Shown: positions 10,078 to 19,700 of the stretch, piece after piece
Numbering within the stretch: the first letter of the stretch is position 1
Layout of the letters: each line of letters starts with the position of its first letter
Assembly (NCBI GenBank): GCA_033764315.1
Contig: JANRJA010000011.1
Location: 1-64,000 of the forward strand
DNA length: 64,000 nt
Source: Oculatellaceae cyanobacterium bins.114
Lineage (GTDB): Bacteria > Cyanobacteriota > Cyanobacteriia > Elainellales > Elainellaceae
Direction: 5' to 3'
Position numbers and translations under genes: made by a program
Notes under the pieces: model-generated
Seen by the model: only the letters and a program-made list of their open reading frames with translations
Databases searched by the model: none
Told to the model about the DNA's origin: nothing

Positions 10078-10224
10078 GAGAACCTCATTAAACTCAATTG
10101 AGAATTCAAGTTGCGACTGCGCTCAACCCATTACCAGAGAGATTTAGAGTGTTGAGCAGCTTGTCCTGAGCGAGTCGAATGGGAGTCAAGGCACATCTTA
10201 TCGTTAATGACACCCACCTACTTA
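10071..10224. mobile_element. MITE-like element with TAAGTAGG...CCTACTTA ends
   Basis: Left end TAAGTAGGAGAACCTCATTAA vs reverse complement of right end TAAGTAGGTGGGTGTCATTAA (16/21 match); internal CGACTGCGCTCA / TGAGCGAGTCGAA REP-like motifs. Confidence 0.6.
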
Positions 10225-10276
10225 TGGAACCCAGTTTTGCTTAACTCAATCCCTTCATACATAAATTTAAGTCACT

Positions 10277-10762
10277 ATGAGTGCTGCGGATATCGCTCAA
10301 ACCATTCAACTGATTATTGCGCCAGTTGTCCTGATTACGGCTTGCATATTGTTTGAAAATGGAACTTTAATACGATATGCCAATCTGGGACAACGCATTC
10401 GAGCATTAGCACATGAACGATTTGAATTATTGCAATCAGGCAAAGAAGATCGGTTTCAACTCGAAAGGTTAAAAGCCATCGATCGCCAACTGCCATTACT
10501 TACACAACGTCATCGGCTGGTGCAAAAAGCCGCTTTGTTGGCTTATTGTGCGATCGCGATCTTTATCTCAACCATGTTTGCGATCGCGCTATCAGTTGCC
10601 TTCAATGCTGGAGCCGTTGGCACATTTGCCTTAATTTTATTTCTACTGGGTACCGCAGTATTACTCATCGGTATTTTTTTTACTGCTTTAGAAATTCGCA
10701 TCTCTCACCAAGCTCTGTGCTATGAAGTCCATCAAATCACGTCACTACAGCAGATAGACTAA
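10277..10762 (+). CDS. DUF2721-like membrane protein
   Basis: IQLIIAPVVLITAC N-terminal helix, RIRAL..E, two C-terminal TM helices. Confidence 0.75.
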   Translation: MSAADIAQTIQLIIAPVVLITACILFENGTLIRYANLGQRIRALAHERFELLQSGKEDRFQLERLKAIDRQLPLLTQRHRLVQKAALLAYCAIAIFISTMFAIALSVAFNAGAVGTFALILFLLGTAVLLIGIFFTALEIRISHQALCYEVHQITSLQQID

Positions 10763-10828
10763 TTCCGTAAGAGATTTGCACATAAATCTCCTAATCCCCA
10801 ATTTATAGCTGTTATTGGGCAATAGGTT

Positions 10829-10898
10829 TTGTTCCAACAATCTTGTTCAAATAACGTCGTTCCAATAATCTTGTTCAAACGATCTTGTTCACATAAGA
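10829..10898. repeat. Tandem repeat, five degenerate 14-bp units (TTGTTCMAAYAATC)
   Basis: Units start at 10829, 10843, 10857, 10871 and 10885. Confidence 0.75.
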
Positions 10899-10946
10899 AA
10901 GTGAAGCACCCCTGTTTTTGTGAGAAATAACGAGATGCTTCACTTA
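10899..10946. terminator. Stem-loop between convergent genes
   Basis: AAGTGAAGCA...TGCTTCACTT inverted repeat. Confidence 0.5.
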
Positions 10947-10961
10947 GCCGTGTTCTACGTT

Positions 10962-12176
10962 TTATAAAAATCGGAAAACAACTGGACAGTTGACAATGAT
11001 TCCAGTAGAGCCATAGGGTTTGCCATCAGGCCCCGTAATCCATCCCTGTTGAGCAAAGCCTAAAATCTGAAATTCTTCAGTCAACCGAGAACGATAGCCA
11101 CGAGCGATCGCGTCTTGTGTCCACACCCCCAAATTAAAATCCCACATGGGGCTATAGTCGGTCGCGATCGTTGGAATGCCACCAAAGACATTGAGTGGGC
11201 TAGCTCCATCCGCGATCGCACTGTTCAGTCCTTGTCGCTGAGGATTATCACTCCCAGTCGGACCGTTAGCAAACGAAAACAATCGTTCAACCGCACTAAA
11301 GGCACTATCATCTCGACCAACCGTGATATCTCCTAAACCCGGTGCCAGCGTTGATTCTTCTAAAGTGGCTGCCAAAGGATTGTTAGAGTCAAAGCTAACG
11401 TAAAGAATTGGACGAGCAAAACTAATACCAGGAGTTAGTTTGAGCGTCACTGTCGCTTCTTCAGGACAGATGCTCAACACCTTGTCATGCACTAAACTGT
11501 GGTCAGGATTGCCATTACAAAAAGAAATTTGTTCAGCATTGACATCAAAAGCAATGATGGGAGCGTTGTAGATGTGATTGCCTGCATTAGTAATCCGCAC
11601 CAGTGGACTGTAGTTGCTATCGCCAATAGAGCCTGGCTCAGCCACTTGCGGTGGAAATGCATTGTCTCCTGCACCAGGGACAACCCGACGTTCAGGGCTA
11701 AAATCAACCGTCCCACTTTCAAAGATGAGCGTTGCATCTTGAGCCAAGGTCGCATTGCGTACTGCTCGACCAACCCCAGCATAGGTTAATTTTGCTGACC
11801 AGTTGAGACCTAACGCATCCGCATTGCCGCGATCGTCAGTATCAGTCAAAACATACCAGACTGAGCGTCCATCTCGAAGACGCCCCTGGTAAAGCGGCAG
11901 TGTAACTGTGCCTGCCTCTACATCAACTTGACCTGACTTAAGCAGTTGATAAGGGCCAATTAGCTCTCGTTGAACCTGAGAGGGGGCAGGGCCAAAATAA
12001 GTCAAAGGCACATCAGCACCAATGGATGCAGGCGCAGGAGCAATATCGTTGTCTCGTTGTGCCTCCTGTGCTGCAACGGGGAGCGACACGCCCATTAGGG
12101 TTGCTGCAATTAGAACAAAATTGAGCAGTAAGCAACGATTGCTCCTGCCCTGACCATGCTTAAACGTAAGCCTCAT
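10962..12176 (-). CDS. Secreted conserved hypothetical protein
   Basis: Signal peptide (PVAAQEA), twice-repeated YSP(L/M) motif, C-terminal NCPV; AGGAG RBS. Confidence 0.7.
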   Translation of the reverse strand: MRLTFKHGQGRSNRCLLLNFVLIAATLMGVSLPVAAQEAQRDNDIAPAPASIGADVPLTYFGPAPSQVQRELIGPYQLLKSGQVDVEAGTVTLPLYQGRLRDGRSVWYVLTDTDDRGNADALGLNWSAKLTYAGVGRAVRNATLAQDATLIFESGTVDFSPERRVVPGAGDNAFPPQVAEPGSIGDSNYSPLVRITNAGNHIYNAPIIAFDVNAEQISFCNGNPDHSLVHDKVLSICPEEATVTLKLTPGISFARPILYVSFDSNNPLAATLEESTLAPGLGDITVGRDDSAFSAVERLFSFANGPTGSDNPQRQGLNSAIADGASPLNVFGGIPTIATDYSPMWDFNLGVWTQDAIARGYRSRLTEEFQILGFAQQGWITGPDGKPYGSTGIIVNCPVVFRFL

Positions 12177-12874
12177 AACCGAGTAACTCCTGGGTGATCA
12201 GTTTGTGAATGTTGAGTACACAGCTTAGAGATAAATGACGAAGCACTCGTAACAGTGAAGTCAGTCAATTGTGAGATTGCATCTATTTTTCACGAATCAT
12301 GTTAGTCATTGATGCGCTGTGCAACAACATAGATTTGTGTATATGAATTGATACTGAGTGAATTTCTACCCAAAAGAATGAGTTTTATCTGAAGTTCTGC
12401 TGAGAGTTAATTAATAAAAATGAGTTAGATGATTTATTGCGTAAATTAAGTAATTTAAATTTGCTTGCTAGTCAATCAAATTCGACTAAACCTAAATAGA
12501 TAAAAATACAGTTTAATGCTTATAGTGACGTTTCGTAAAACACTCCTAATTAATGTATCTATCACACTCACTCATCAAAATAGATCTCACCCTCAGCTCA
12601 TGAGTAAGGATAGACAAGTCACACAAGAGTAGTCACTCAATTGCCAGCGAGCACCTCAACAAGAAATTCTGACCTCTAGAGGCAATAAAGTGTAATCCAG
12701 ACATCATTCTTCTCCGCATACTCCTGTTAAAATTCGCGGAATTAGAAAAGCGATCGCTCCAGCAGAGATTCCTCTCAAACACCCTCTGCCTAAATCGCAC
12801 TATCCCTTCACAGCTAAAGCAGGTATATGTAATTTTTCGAGTACCCAAAGTGTTTTCTGTAACACTTCAATGGC

Positions 12875-12892
12875 TTTACATAAGTTAACATG
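12875..12892 (+). promoter_or_regulatory. Possible HLR1 (RpaB-type) direct repeat
   Basis: TTTACATA-AG-TTAACATG, about 40 bp upstream of the ATG at 12930. Confidence 0.3.
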
Positions 12893-12929
12893 ATGTAAGT
12901 GATTGCAATTTTATGAGAGACACAACGTC

Positions 12930-13361
12930 ATGGCAGGATTGTTTGGTTTTTTTGGGAAAAAGAAAGGCGTTGAAGAGAAGACACCTGCAACAAACGAAGG
13001 TCAGTCTCAAGCTTTCTTTTTAGACTCAGATGATGCCAAGACGTTTGGCAATATCGACTATATGAGGACTGTCAAGACCATCAAGCGCACGTTTCCTAAA
13101 ACCGCAGGCAACAAGAGTGAGTTTGAGTCAGTCGTACAAGTTTCGGCAATGGGGATGACCCGGGGCGAACTGGAGGCCGCCATTGAAGCCGCTGAGGAAA
13201 TTACTAAAGCGGCTGAAATGAATGGTGCTAATGCAAACGGTACTAATATAAACGGTGCCGCTCCCAAAGCAGATACGGGTGCTTCTGAGCGTCGTCGCAG
13301 CAACAGCGATGGCAGCATGGATATGTTCCGTAATATGGCACGCGAGATTCGCAAGCGATAA
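12930..13361 (+). CDS. Conserved cyanobacterial hypothetical protein
   Basis: MAGLFGFFG, AFFLDSDDAKTFGNIDYMR...RTFPKT, C-terminal MDMFRNMAREI. Confidence 0.75.
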   Translation: MAGLFGFFGKKKGVEEKTPATNEGQSQAFFLDSDDAKTFGNIDYMRTVKTIKRTFPKTAGNKSEFESVVQVSAMGMTRGELEAAIEAAEEITKAAEMNGANANGTNINGAAPKADTGASERRRSNSDGSMDMFRNMAREIRKR

Positions 13362-13405
13362 AGCCAGTCAGAGCGGTGCGGGAAAGTTGCTCACAGGGTA
13401 ATCTC

Positions 13406-14350
13406 CTAATTCAATAGAGCAAAATAGCTAATCTCAACAATGCGGTGTGACGCAGTTCCCTCTCCGGGATAGTTGCCCTCGACTTGAAATATCCAAGTAG
13501 CCGGGGCATTAACGTAGTAGACGAGCTGCGTCACATTATTTTCAGTCGTGATCTCGTGGGGTTGACCGTAAGCCTCAATCACTTGCTGTTGGGTATCTCC
13601 TACTCGAATGCCGTCTGCTGTGGGCATATCAGGGCTGCGTGTGCTTAGGGAATAGACCGTGCCGTCTGCCAGTCCAACTGAGAGGGTTGGATATTCTAAC
13701 CGTCGTAGGACTAACCCGATCTGGTTTTCCTCATCTTTAGCTTCTAGAGGCTCACCCAGTATTTGGCGCACGTCTGCTTCTGTCGCCGTAGTGGAAATTC
13801 CACCAATGGATGCCTGAGCGGTCTCTAGAGCCAGGGTTGAGGCAGCAGATGAGGATTCAGACATTGCCTCAACAGGAGTTGCGATCGCCTCTGGCTCAGA
13901 CGCAGGAACAGCAGCTTGAAATTGATCGAACAAACTCTGAGCAAGGCTGGCTGGCACCCCATAATCTTGTAATGCCTCTGGGCTGGTTGCTAGTGCTCCA
14001 CCCCCTTGGGTCAATACTTGCCATGTTCCTGCGGTTCGTTGCAACAGAATCTGCCCTTCAGCCTCGGTTGCGCTCCAGTTTGCCAAAGCGTAATCTTCGA
14101 CAATCACTAGATTTGAAAGGGTGACAGCTCCACCTAACTTCTGTAACTCAGCGATCGCCACTTGCGTGACTTGCTCTGTCTCTGAAGCCGTGGTGGTAGT
14201 CTGGGAGGAAGTCGTTGATGCAGGCTGCATCTCTGAACTTGGTGATGCTGTGGGGGAAGAGGGGCGATCGCCACAAGCAACTAAGGGCACCGTCGCAAGT
14301 AAAGTCAACGTTACATTCCCAATCAAACGGTAAACATTGGGTGTCATCAC
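13406..14350 (-). CDS. Hypothetical lipoprotein
   Basis: Lipobox LVAC, Ser/Thr-rich linker, GIRVGD....V..AYG motif. Confidence 0.7.
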   Translation of the reverse strand: MMTPNVYRLIGNVTLTLLATVPLVACGDRPSSPTASPSSEMQPASTTSSQTTTTASETEQVTQVAIAELQKLGGAVTLSNLVIVEDYALANWSATEAEGQILLQRTAGTWQVLTQGGGALATSPEALQDYGVPASLAQSLFDQFQAAVPASEPEAIATPVEAMSESSSAASTLALETAQASIGGISTTATEADVRQILGEPLEAKDEENQIGLVLRRLEYPTLSVGLADGTVYSLSTRSPDMPTADGIRVGDTQQQVIEAYGQPHEITTENNVTQLVYYVNAPATWIFQVEGNYPGEGTASHRIVEISYFALLN

Positions 14351-14558
14351 AGAGAAATCTCCAGAGCATTCGTGACTCCAGATTAACCTGTCGGCTCTAA
14401 ATTGATGGATGGCGCATCACAGATATCCAATACTCAGGTGGTCGATCGCTACAAACGATTCCCTCTCAGTCATTCAGGCGACAACTGTGAATGACATAGG
14501 TCTAATTTTGCACGCAGATTATCACAATCTAATATTCAAACCTAAATCTTCACTGGCA

Positions 14559-15299
14559 CTACTGAGGCAACATCCCTGCAAACTGTTTTTCGACGGCTTT
14601 AAGGGGTGCTTGCAGATCAGCAAACACACTTTGGGAAACAGCATCGGGATAGACCTCTTCAAGACCTTGCGCGATCGCCTGTAGTGTTGCGTTAGCCACT
14701 TCAATCGGGGCAATTTTGTCGAGGGGCACCGCTTCTGACATAGCAGTATCAACTGGTCCCGGAAACACCCCAACCACTTGAGTGCCTTGCTGAGCCAACT
14801 CTGCTCGCGCCCCTTGGGTCAAAGAATACAGAGCTGCTTTAGAGGCACTATAGGAACTGAAAACAGGCACATTCACAACGGAAGCGATCGAGAGCAAATT
14901 GACAATTGCACCCCCTCCGTTCTGCCGTAAAATCGGCGCAAAAGCACGGATCATAGAGAGGGTACCAAAGTAATTGGTGGTCATTTCCCACTGAGCGGTT
15001 TCCACACTCTTATCTGTAAATAAACCACCGGCCCCCAAAACTCCCGCATTGTTGATTAATAGGGTGACATCTTGAGCCGTTTGAGCAACCGCACTGACCT
15101 GATCAGCATCCGTTACATCCAGGGCAATTGGAACAACTCGATCAGGGGCGATCGCCACAACATCACCGAGTGTGTCAATGCTTCGAGCAGCAGCATAAAT
15201 GCGATGAGCACCTGCTTGCACTAGAGCTTCGATGTAGGCTTTACCAATGCCGCGATTAGCCCCTGTTACAAAAGCAACCGATCCTTGAATGTTCATCAC
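14559..15299 (-). CDS. Short-chain dehydrogenase/reductase
   Basis: TGANRGIG, NNAG, YSASK. Confidence 0.93.
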   Translation of the reverse strand: MMNIQGSVAFVTGANRGIGKAYIEALVQAGAHRIYAAARSIDTLGDVVAIAPDRVVPIALDVTDADQVSAVAQTAQDVTLLINNAGVLGAGGLFTDKSVETAQWEMTTNYFGTLSMIRAFAPILRQNGGGAIVNLLSIASVVNVPVFSSYSASKAALYSLTQGARAELAQQGTQVVGVFPGPVDTAMSEAVPLDKIAPIEVANATLQAIAQGLEEVYPDAVSQSVFADLQAPLKAVEKQFAGMLPQ

Positions 15300-15457
15300 A
15301 ATCTCCTTAATTAACTATCAAACCTTTGATAGGAAAGCTTTGTGCCGTTTTATGGGGCTGCTTTGCTCTCCACACTTTTTATCTTGATTGATTTCAATAT
15401 GTTTGAGAAGACTGGGAAATAGAATATGATTTATTCGCATTTGGAATAACTGAAGGT

Positions 15458-16378
15458 ATGGATCGCCTCGACTGCATTCACAGTTTTGTGCGGGTCGTCG
15501 AAACAGGAAGCTTTTCTGCTGTCGCTCGCGAACTCAACACAACCCAACCCACCATTAGCAAGCAAATTGCGGCACTCGAAGACTATCTGGATGTGCAATT
15601 GTTGACTCGCTCGACTCGAAAGCTTCAGTTGACCCAGGCAGGAGAGCAATTTTTTGAGCATTGCCAGGTCATCTTGGATGCTGCTGCCACGGCTGAAGCC
15701 AGTGTTGGGCAACGCCAAAATCCAGTTGGAACACTGCGCGTTAGCTGTCCTGTGGCGTTTGGACAGCACCAACTGATGCCTTACATCAAGGGATTTCTCG
15801 ATCGCTACCCCGATATCACCCTAGACCTGACCTTGAGCGATCGCTTTACTGATTTAGTAGAGGAAGGAATGGATCTTGCCATTCGGATTGGGCAGGTCAA
15901 CGATCCCATGTTAATCACCCACCGCATCGGCATGACCCGCCGAGTCACCATCGCAGCCGTGTCCTATTTTCGCGATCGCCCAGAGCCTCAAACCCCAGCA
16001 GAATTAGTAGATCACAACTGCATCGTCTATACTCGTTTGGCAACCGTCAACGAGTGGCACTTTCAAAATCCTAAGGGTGGCACCACTCAAGTCACCGTTA
16101 AAGGCAATTTGCAAACCGACAACTCAACTGCCATTCGAGAAGCGGTATTGGCAGGCATCGGCATTGCCGTTTGCCCGGTCTGGCTATTTGGTGAGCTGAT
16201 CAACTCTAGCCAAGCTAGAGTCATTCTCAAAGATTATCAACCCATTCCGCTGCCCATTCATGCTGTCTATCGGCGTGGACGATTTGTCTCCGCCAAGGTG
16301 CGCTGTTTTATTGAATATCTCACCCATGAGTTCAAGCTCAATCCGTGGGTATCAGATTGTGGAGTTAATCAGCAATAA
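15458..16378 (+). CDS. LysR family regulator (CrgA/DmlR-like), divergent from the SDR gene
   Basis: N-terminal HTH GSFSAVARELNTTQPTISKQI; DLVEEGMDLAIRIG. Confidence 0.93.
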   Translation: MDRLDCIHSFVRVVETGSFSAVARELNTTQPTISKQIAALEDYLDVQLLTRSTRKLQLTQAGEQFFEHCQVILDAAATAEASVGQRQNPVGTLRVSCPVAFGQHQLMPYIKGFLDRYPDITLDLTLSDRFTDLVEEGMDLAIRIGQVNDPMLITHRIGMTRRVTIAAVSYFRDRPEPQTPAELVDHNCIVYTRLATVNEWHFQNPKGGTTQVTVKGNLQTDNSTAIREAVLAGIGIAVCPVWLFGELINSSQARVILKDYQPIPLPIHAVYRRGRFVSAKVRCFIEYLTHEFKLNPWVSDCGVNQQ

Positions 16379-16474
16379 CCACAACAGATGCACAGAGTAA
16401 AATTGCAACATGATTGATAGGTGGGCATTGCACAAAAGTAGGTATTATGTGCGTTTAATTTGACAATATTAGTC

Positions 16475-16603
16475 GCGATCGTGCAGGGGCAGCGGAATCT
16501 GCGGCTCACGAATCCAGCATTTCAGTTTGTTTGATCAGACGATTCACAGTTGCTCAGGGTCAACCCCCATATCTCGCAGCTTATTGGCCAAGGCTTGCGA
16601 TCG
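16475..16603 (+). repeat. 129-bp direct repeat, copy 1 (orphan 3' ends of an RTX-type gene and a Uma2 gene)
   Basis: Matches 31381-31509 with 12 mismatches by my count; both ends are GCGATCG. Confidence 0.9.
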
Positions 16604-16789
16604 ATCCCATTATCTCCACTGAATCTGCATCTGAAGTCTCTGATGTCACCAAAACTTAAGAATGGGTACAGGATGCGGATGGGGATGTAGTGAAACTTTT
16701 TTAACAAATTGGCTGATTGCAATCCAAGAAATTACTGATAAAATCTACCGTATTATTCTTTTCAAACTTCTTAATCAGGAAGATGCATC

Positions 16790-19700
16790 ATGCCAGCATT
16801 GTCTCCCCTGCTGAGATGGCTCAGCACTGGCGCTACTGTTCTAGGCTCGTTTAGCCTGTTGACCCAATCCACTGCACTGGCGCAGATTGTCCCAGACAAC
16901 ACATTGGGTAACGAGCCATCCAGAGTACGATCGGGGGTCACGCTTCGCGGACAGGTGGCTGATCAGATTGAGGGAGGGGCTGTTCGTGGGGCAAACCTGT
17001 TTCACAGCTTTAGTGACTTTGATGTAAACCAGGGACAGCGGGTTTACTTTGCCAACCCCACTGGTATTGACAACATTATCAGTCGTGTAACAGGGCGCAA
17101 CGTCTCAAATATTGATGGTCTGCTGGGGGTCGATGGGCTTGCCAATCTATTTCTGCTCAACCCCAATGGCATCATCTTCGGACCCAATGCCCAATTGGAT
17201 GTGAGTGGCTCCTTTACCGCCAGTACGGGCGATCGCTTCACCTTCCCCGATGGCAGTGAGTTCAGTGCCACCAATCCCCAGGCTCCGCCTCTGCTGACGG
17301 TGAGTGTGCCAATTGGGTTACAGTACGGTGCCGCACCAGAGGCGATCGCCAGTGAAGCAAACCTGAGTGCAGGTCAGGATCTGACCCTGTTTGGGGGGAA
17401 TTTGAACTTACAGGGACAACTGACTGCTGGAGAAACCTTGAGTTTAAATGCTCAAGAGCGTATACAGGTGCAATCTGGTAGTACCCTCTTCTCTGGTAGA
17501 GATACTGTGGTTCAATCACCAATTCGGTTATTGGGTGACGCTAACTATACAGTGGGTGGCTACTTTATCATCCAGGAACTGGATGGTACTCCCGTAGAGA
17601 GTTTGGATCCACGTAACAATACCAGCATTATTCGGACCAATGGGGACGTGACGTTGACGGGTGAGTATAGTGGTCCACCTCTCTTTATCTTGGCTGGTGG
17701 AAAAGTCCAGTTAAGTGGAGTATCAATTACGAGTTTTGGCATTACACGCGATATTTCTGATGGAACTGGTGGAAATCAAACGATTACCGTTAATCCCCAA
17801 CAAGCTCTTAGCGTGAGTAGCGGAGTTGATTGGGCAGCAGAGGGTGGATTAACTAGTGCCAACGAACCCGCTTCTTTAGGTGGAGCAAGTGTGACGTATG
17901 GCACTGCGACGGGTGGCAACCTGGATCTACAGGGACAACTTGCAACCAATGGAGAAAACATTGCGTTAACTGCGAGAGACAATATTGCATTAACTGTAGA
18001 TGGAACTTTGAACTTGCAGGGACAACTTCGAGCTGAAGGAACCTTGACTTTAGAGGCTCAAGGGGCGATCGCCAGTCAAGCGAACCTGAGTGCAGGTCAG
18101 GATCTAACCCTGAATGGGAGAAATTTGAACTTACTACAGGGACAACTGAATGCCACGGGGAATTTGACACTACAAGCGCAAAATACGCTTCAGATTCAAG
18201 ATAGTGAAACTCAGCCATTTCAAGCGACTGCGGGTAATCAGCTTCTCCTGCAAGGTGACCAGGCTGTTGATATCTCTCTCAACAATTATGGTAGTTCCTT
18301 GAACGCAGGTGGAGATCTAGTTTTACGGTCAACTAGTGGCAACATTAATATTAGTGGTGGTACGCTCAACTCCAGTTCGACTAACACTCCTGCTGGACAA
18401 ATTTCAATCAATGGACAGAATGTAACCTTAAGTAATACTGAAATTAACTCTAGGTCATCTTCTAGCACTGGTGGGCAGATAACTATTGCAGCCTCTGGTA
18501 ACGTTAGGATTAGTGATCGTTCCATTAACTCGACATCACAGGCTAGTTCGGGCGGACCCGTTTCAATTAGCGGTCAAAATGTAACTTTAGAGCGGGTTGG
18601 AATTGACACCGCATCTTTCGGAGGTAGTGGTGGCAGTGGCGGCGTTTCTATCACAGCTAATGGTGGCACCGCTAGGCTTTTAGGAGGAGATTCTCGCCCT
18701 ACTATTTATGCTGATAGCTTCAACAGTGATAGTGGTTCTTCTGGCGGAGACATTCGTATTGAAGCGGCGACTATTGATATAAGCGATTATGAACTAAATG
18801 CTGCGGTCAATTCTTCGGGTTCGGGTAGTGATATTATCCTGTCTGCCACTGGCAATATTCGTCTTGACAATAGTACCTTTACTACTGAAGTTCAGGCAGA
18901 AGCATCAGGTTCGGGCGGAGGTATTCAAATCAATGATGTAGGATCGCTCTCCCTGAACAATTCTATTCTCAGTGCCAGTACTGCAGGTGCGGGTGCTGCC
19001 GGACAAATCCGCATTGCTGCTAGAAACGATGTTACTTTAACTAATGGGTCTCAGATTCGCAGTAACGTTGAGACAGGGGCTTCTGGTCGAGGAGGAGACA
19101 TTCAAATCAATGCTCCCTCGCTCTCATTAACCTCTACACCATCGGAACCAAGTTCTCCACCACAACCCTCACAAATTTCTGCCAGCACGGCGGGCAGCGG
19201 AAATGCCGGTACAATTACCCTCGGCAGTGCGAACGATCCAATTGAGCAAATTACGATTTCGGGTAATGGCTCTGGAATTTTTGTAACGACTAATGATTAT
19301 TTGGACCCAACTGTTTCTACTTTTGGAGAACAAGATGATGTTGGTCAATTATTAAACAATGCTCGATTAATCACCGATGTTAGCCAAATTATTGGATCAT
19401 TAGAAAACCCAGATGATGTAGATCTCTACCGCATTGAGTTGAATGGTCAACCCTTTTCAGCAACCACTCAAGGCACAGTCGTTGATACACGATTGTTTCT
19501 TTTTGATCAACAAGGTTTGGGAGTTTATGCCAATGAAGACATCAGTGATAGTGATTTCAGTTCACGCCTGCCTGAGGACAACGCTCTGACCCCAACAGCT
19601 TCTGGGACATACTATCTGGCGGTAAGCAGTTATGGTAGATATCCGGTCAGTCCAAATGGGTCTATTTTTGGTCTTGAGTCTGCTGCGTTTACCGATGTAG

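Noticed and set aside
10829-10898. Regular repeats as a possible CRISPR array
   Set aside because: The 14-bp units are contiguous with no spacers, and there are no cas genes in the window
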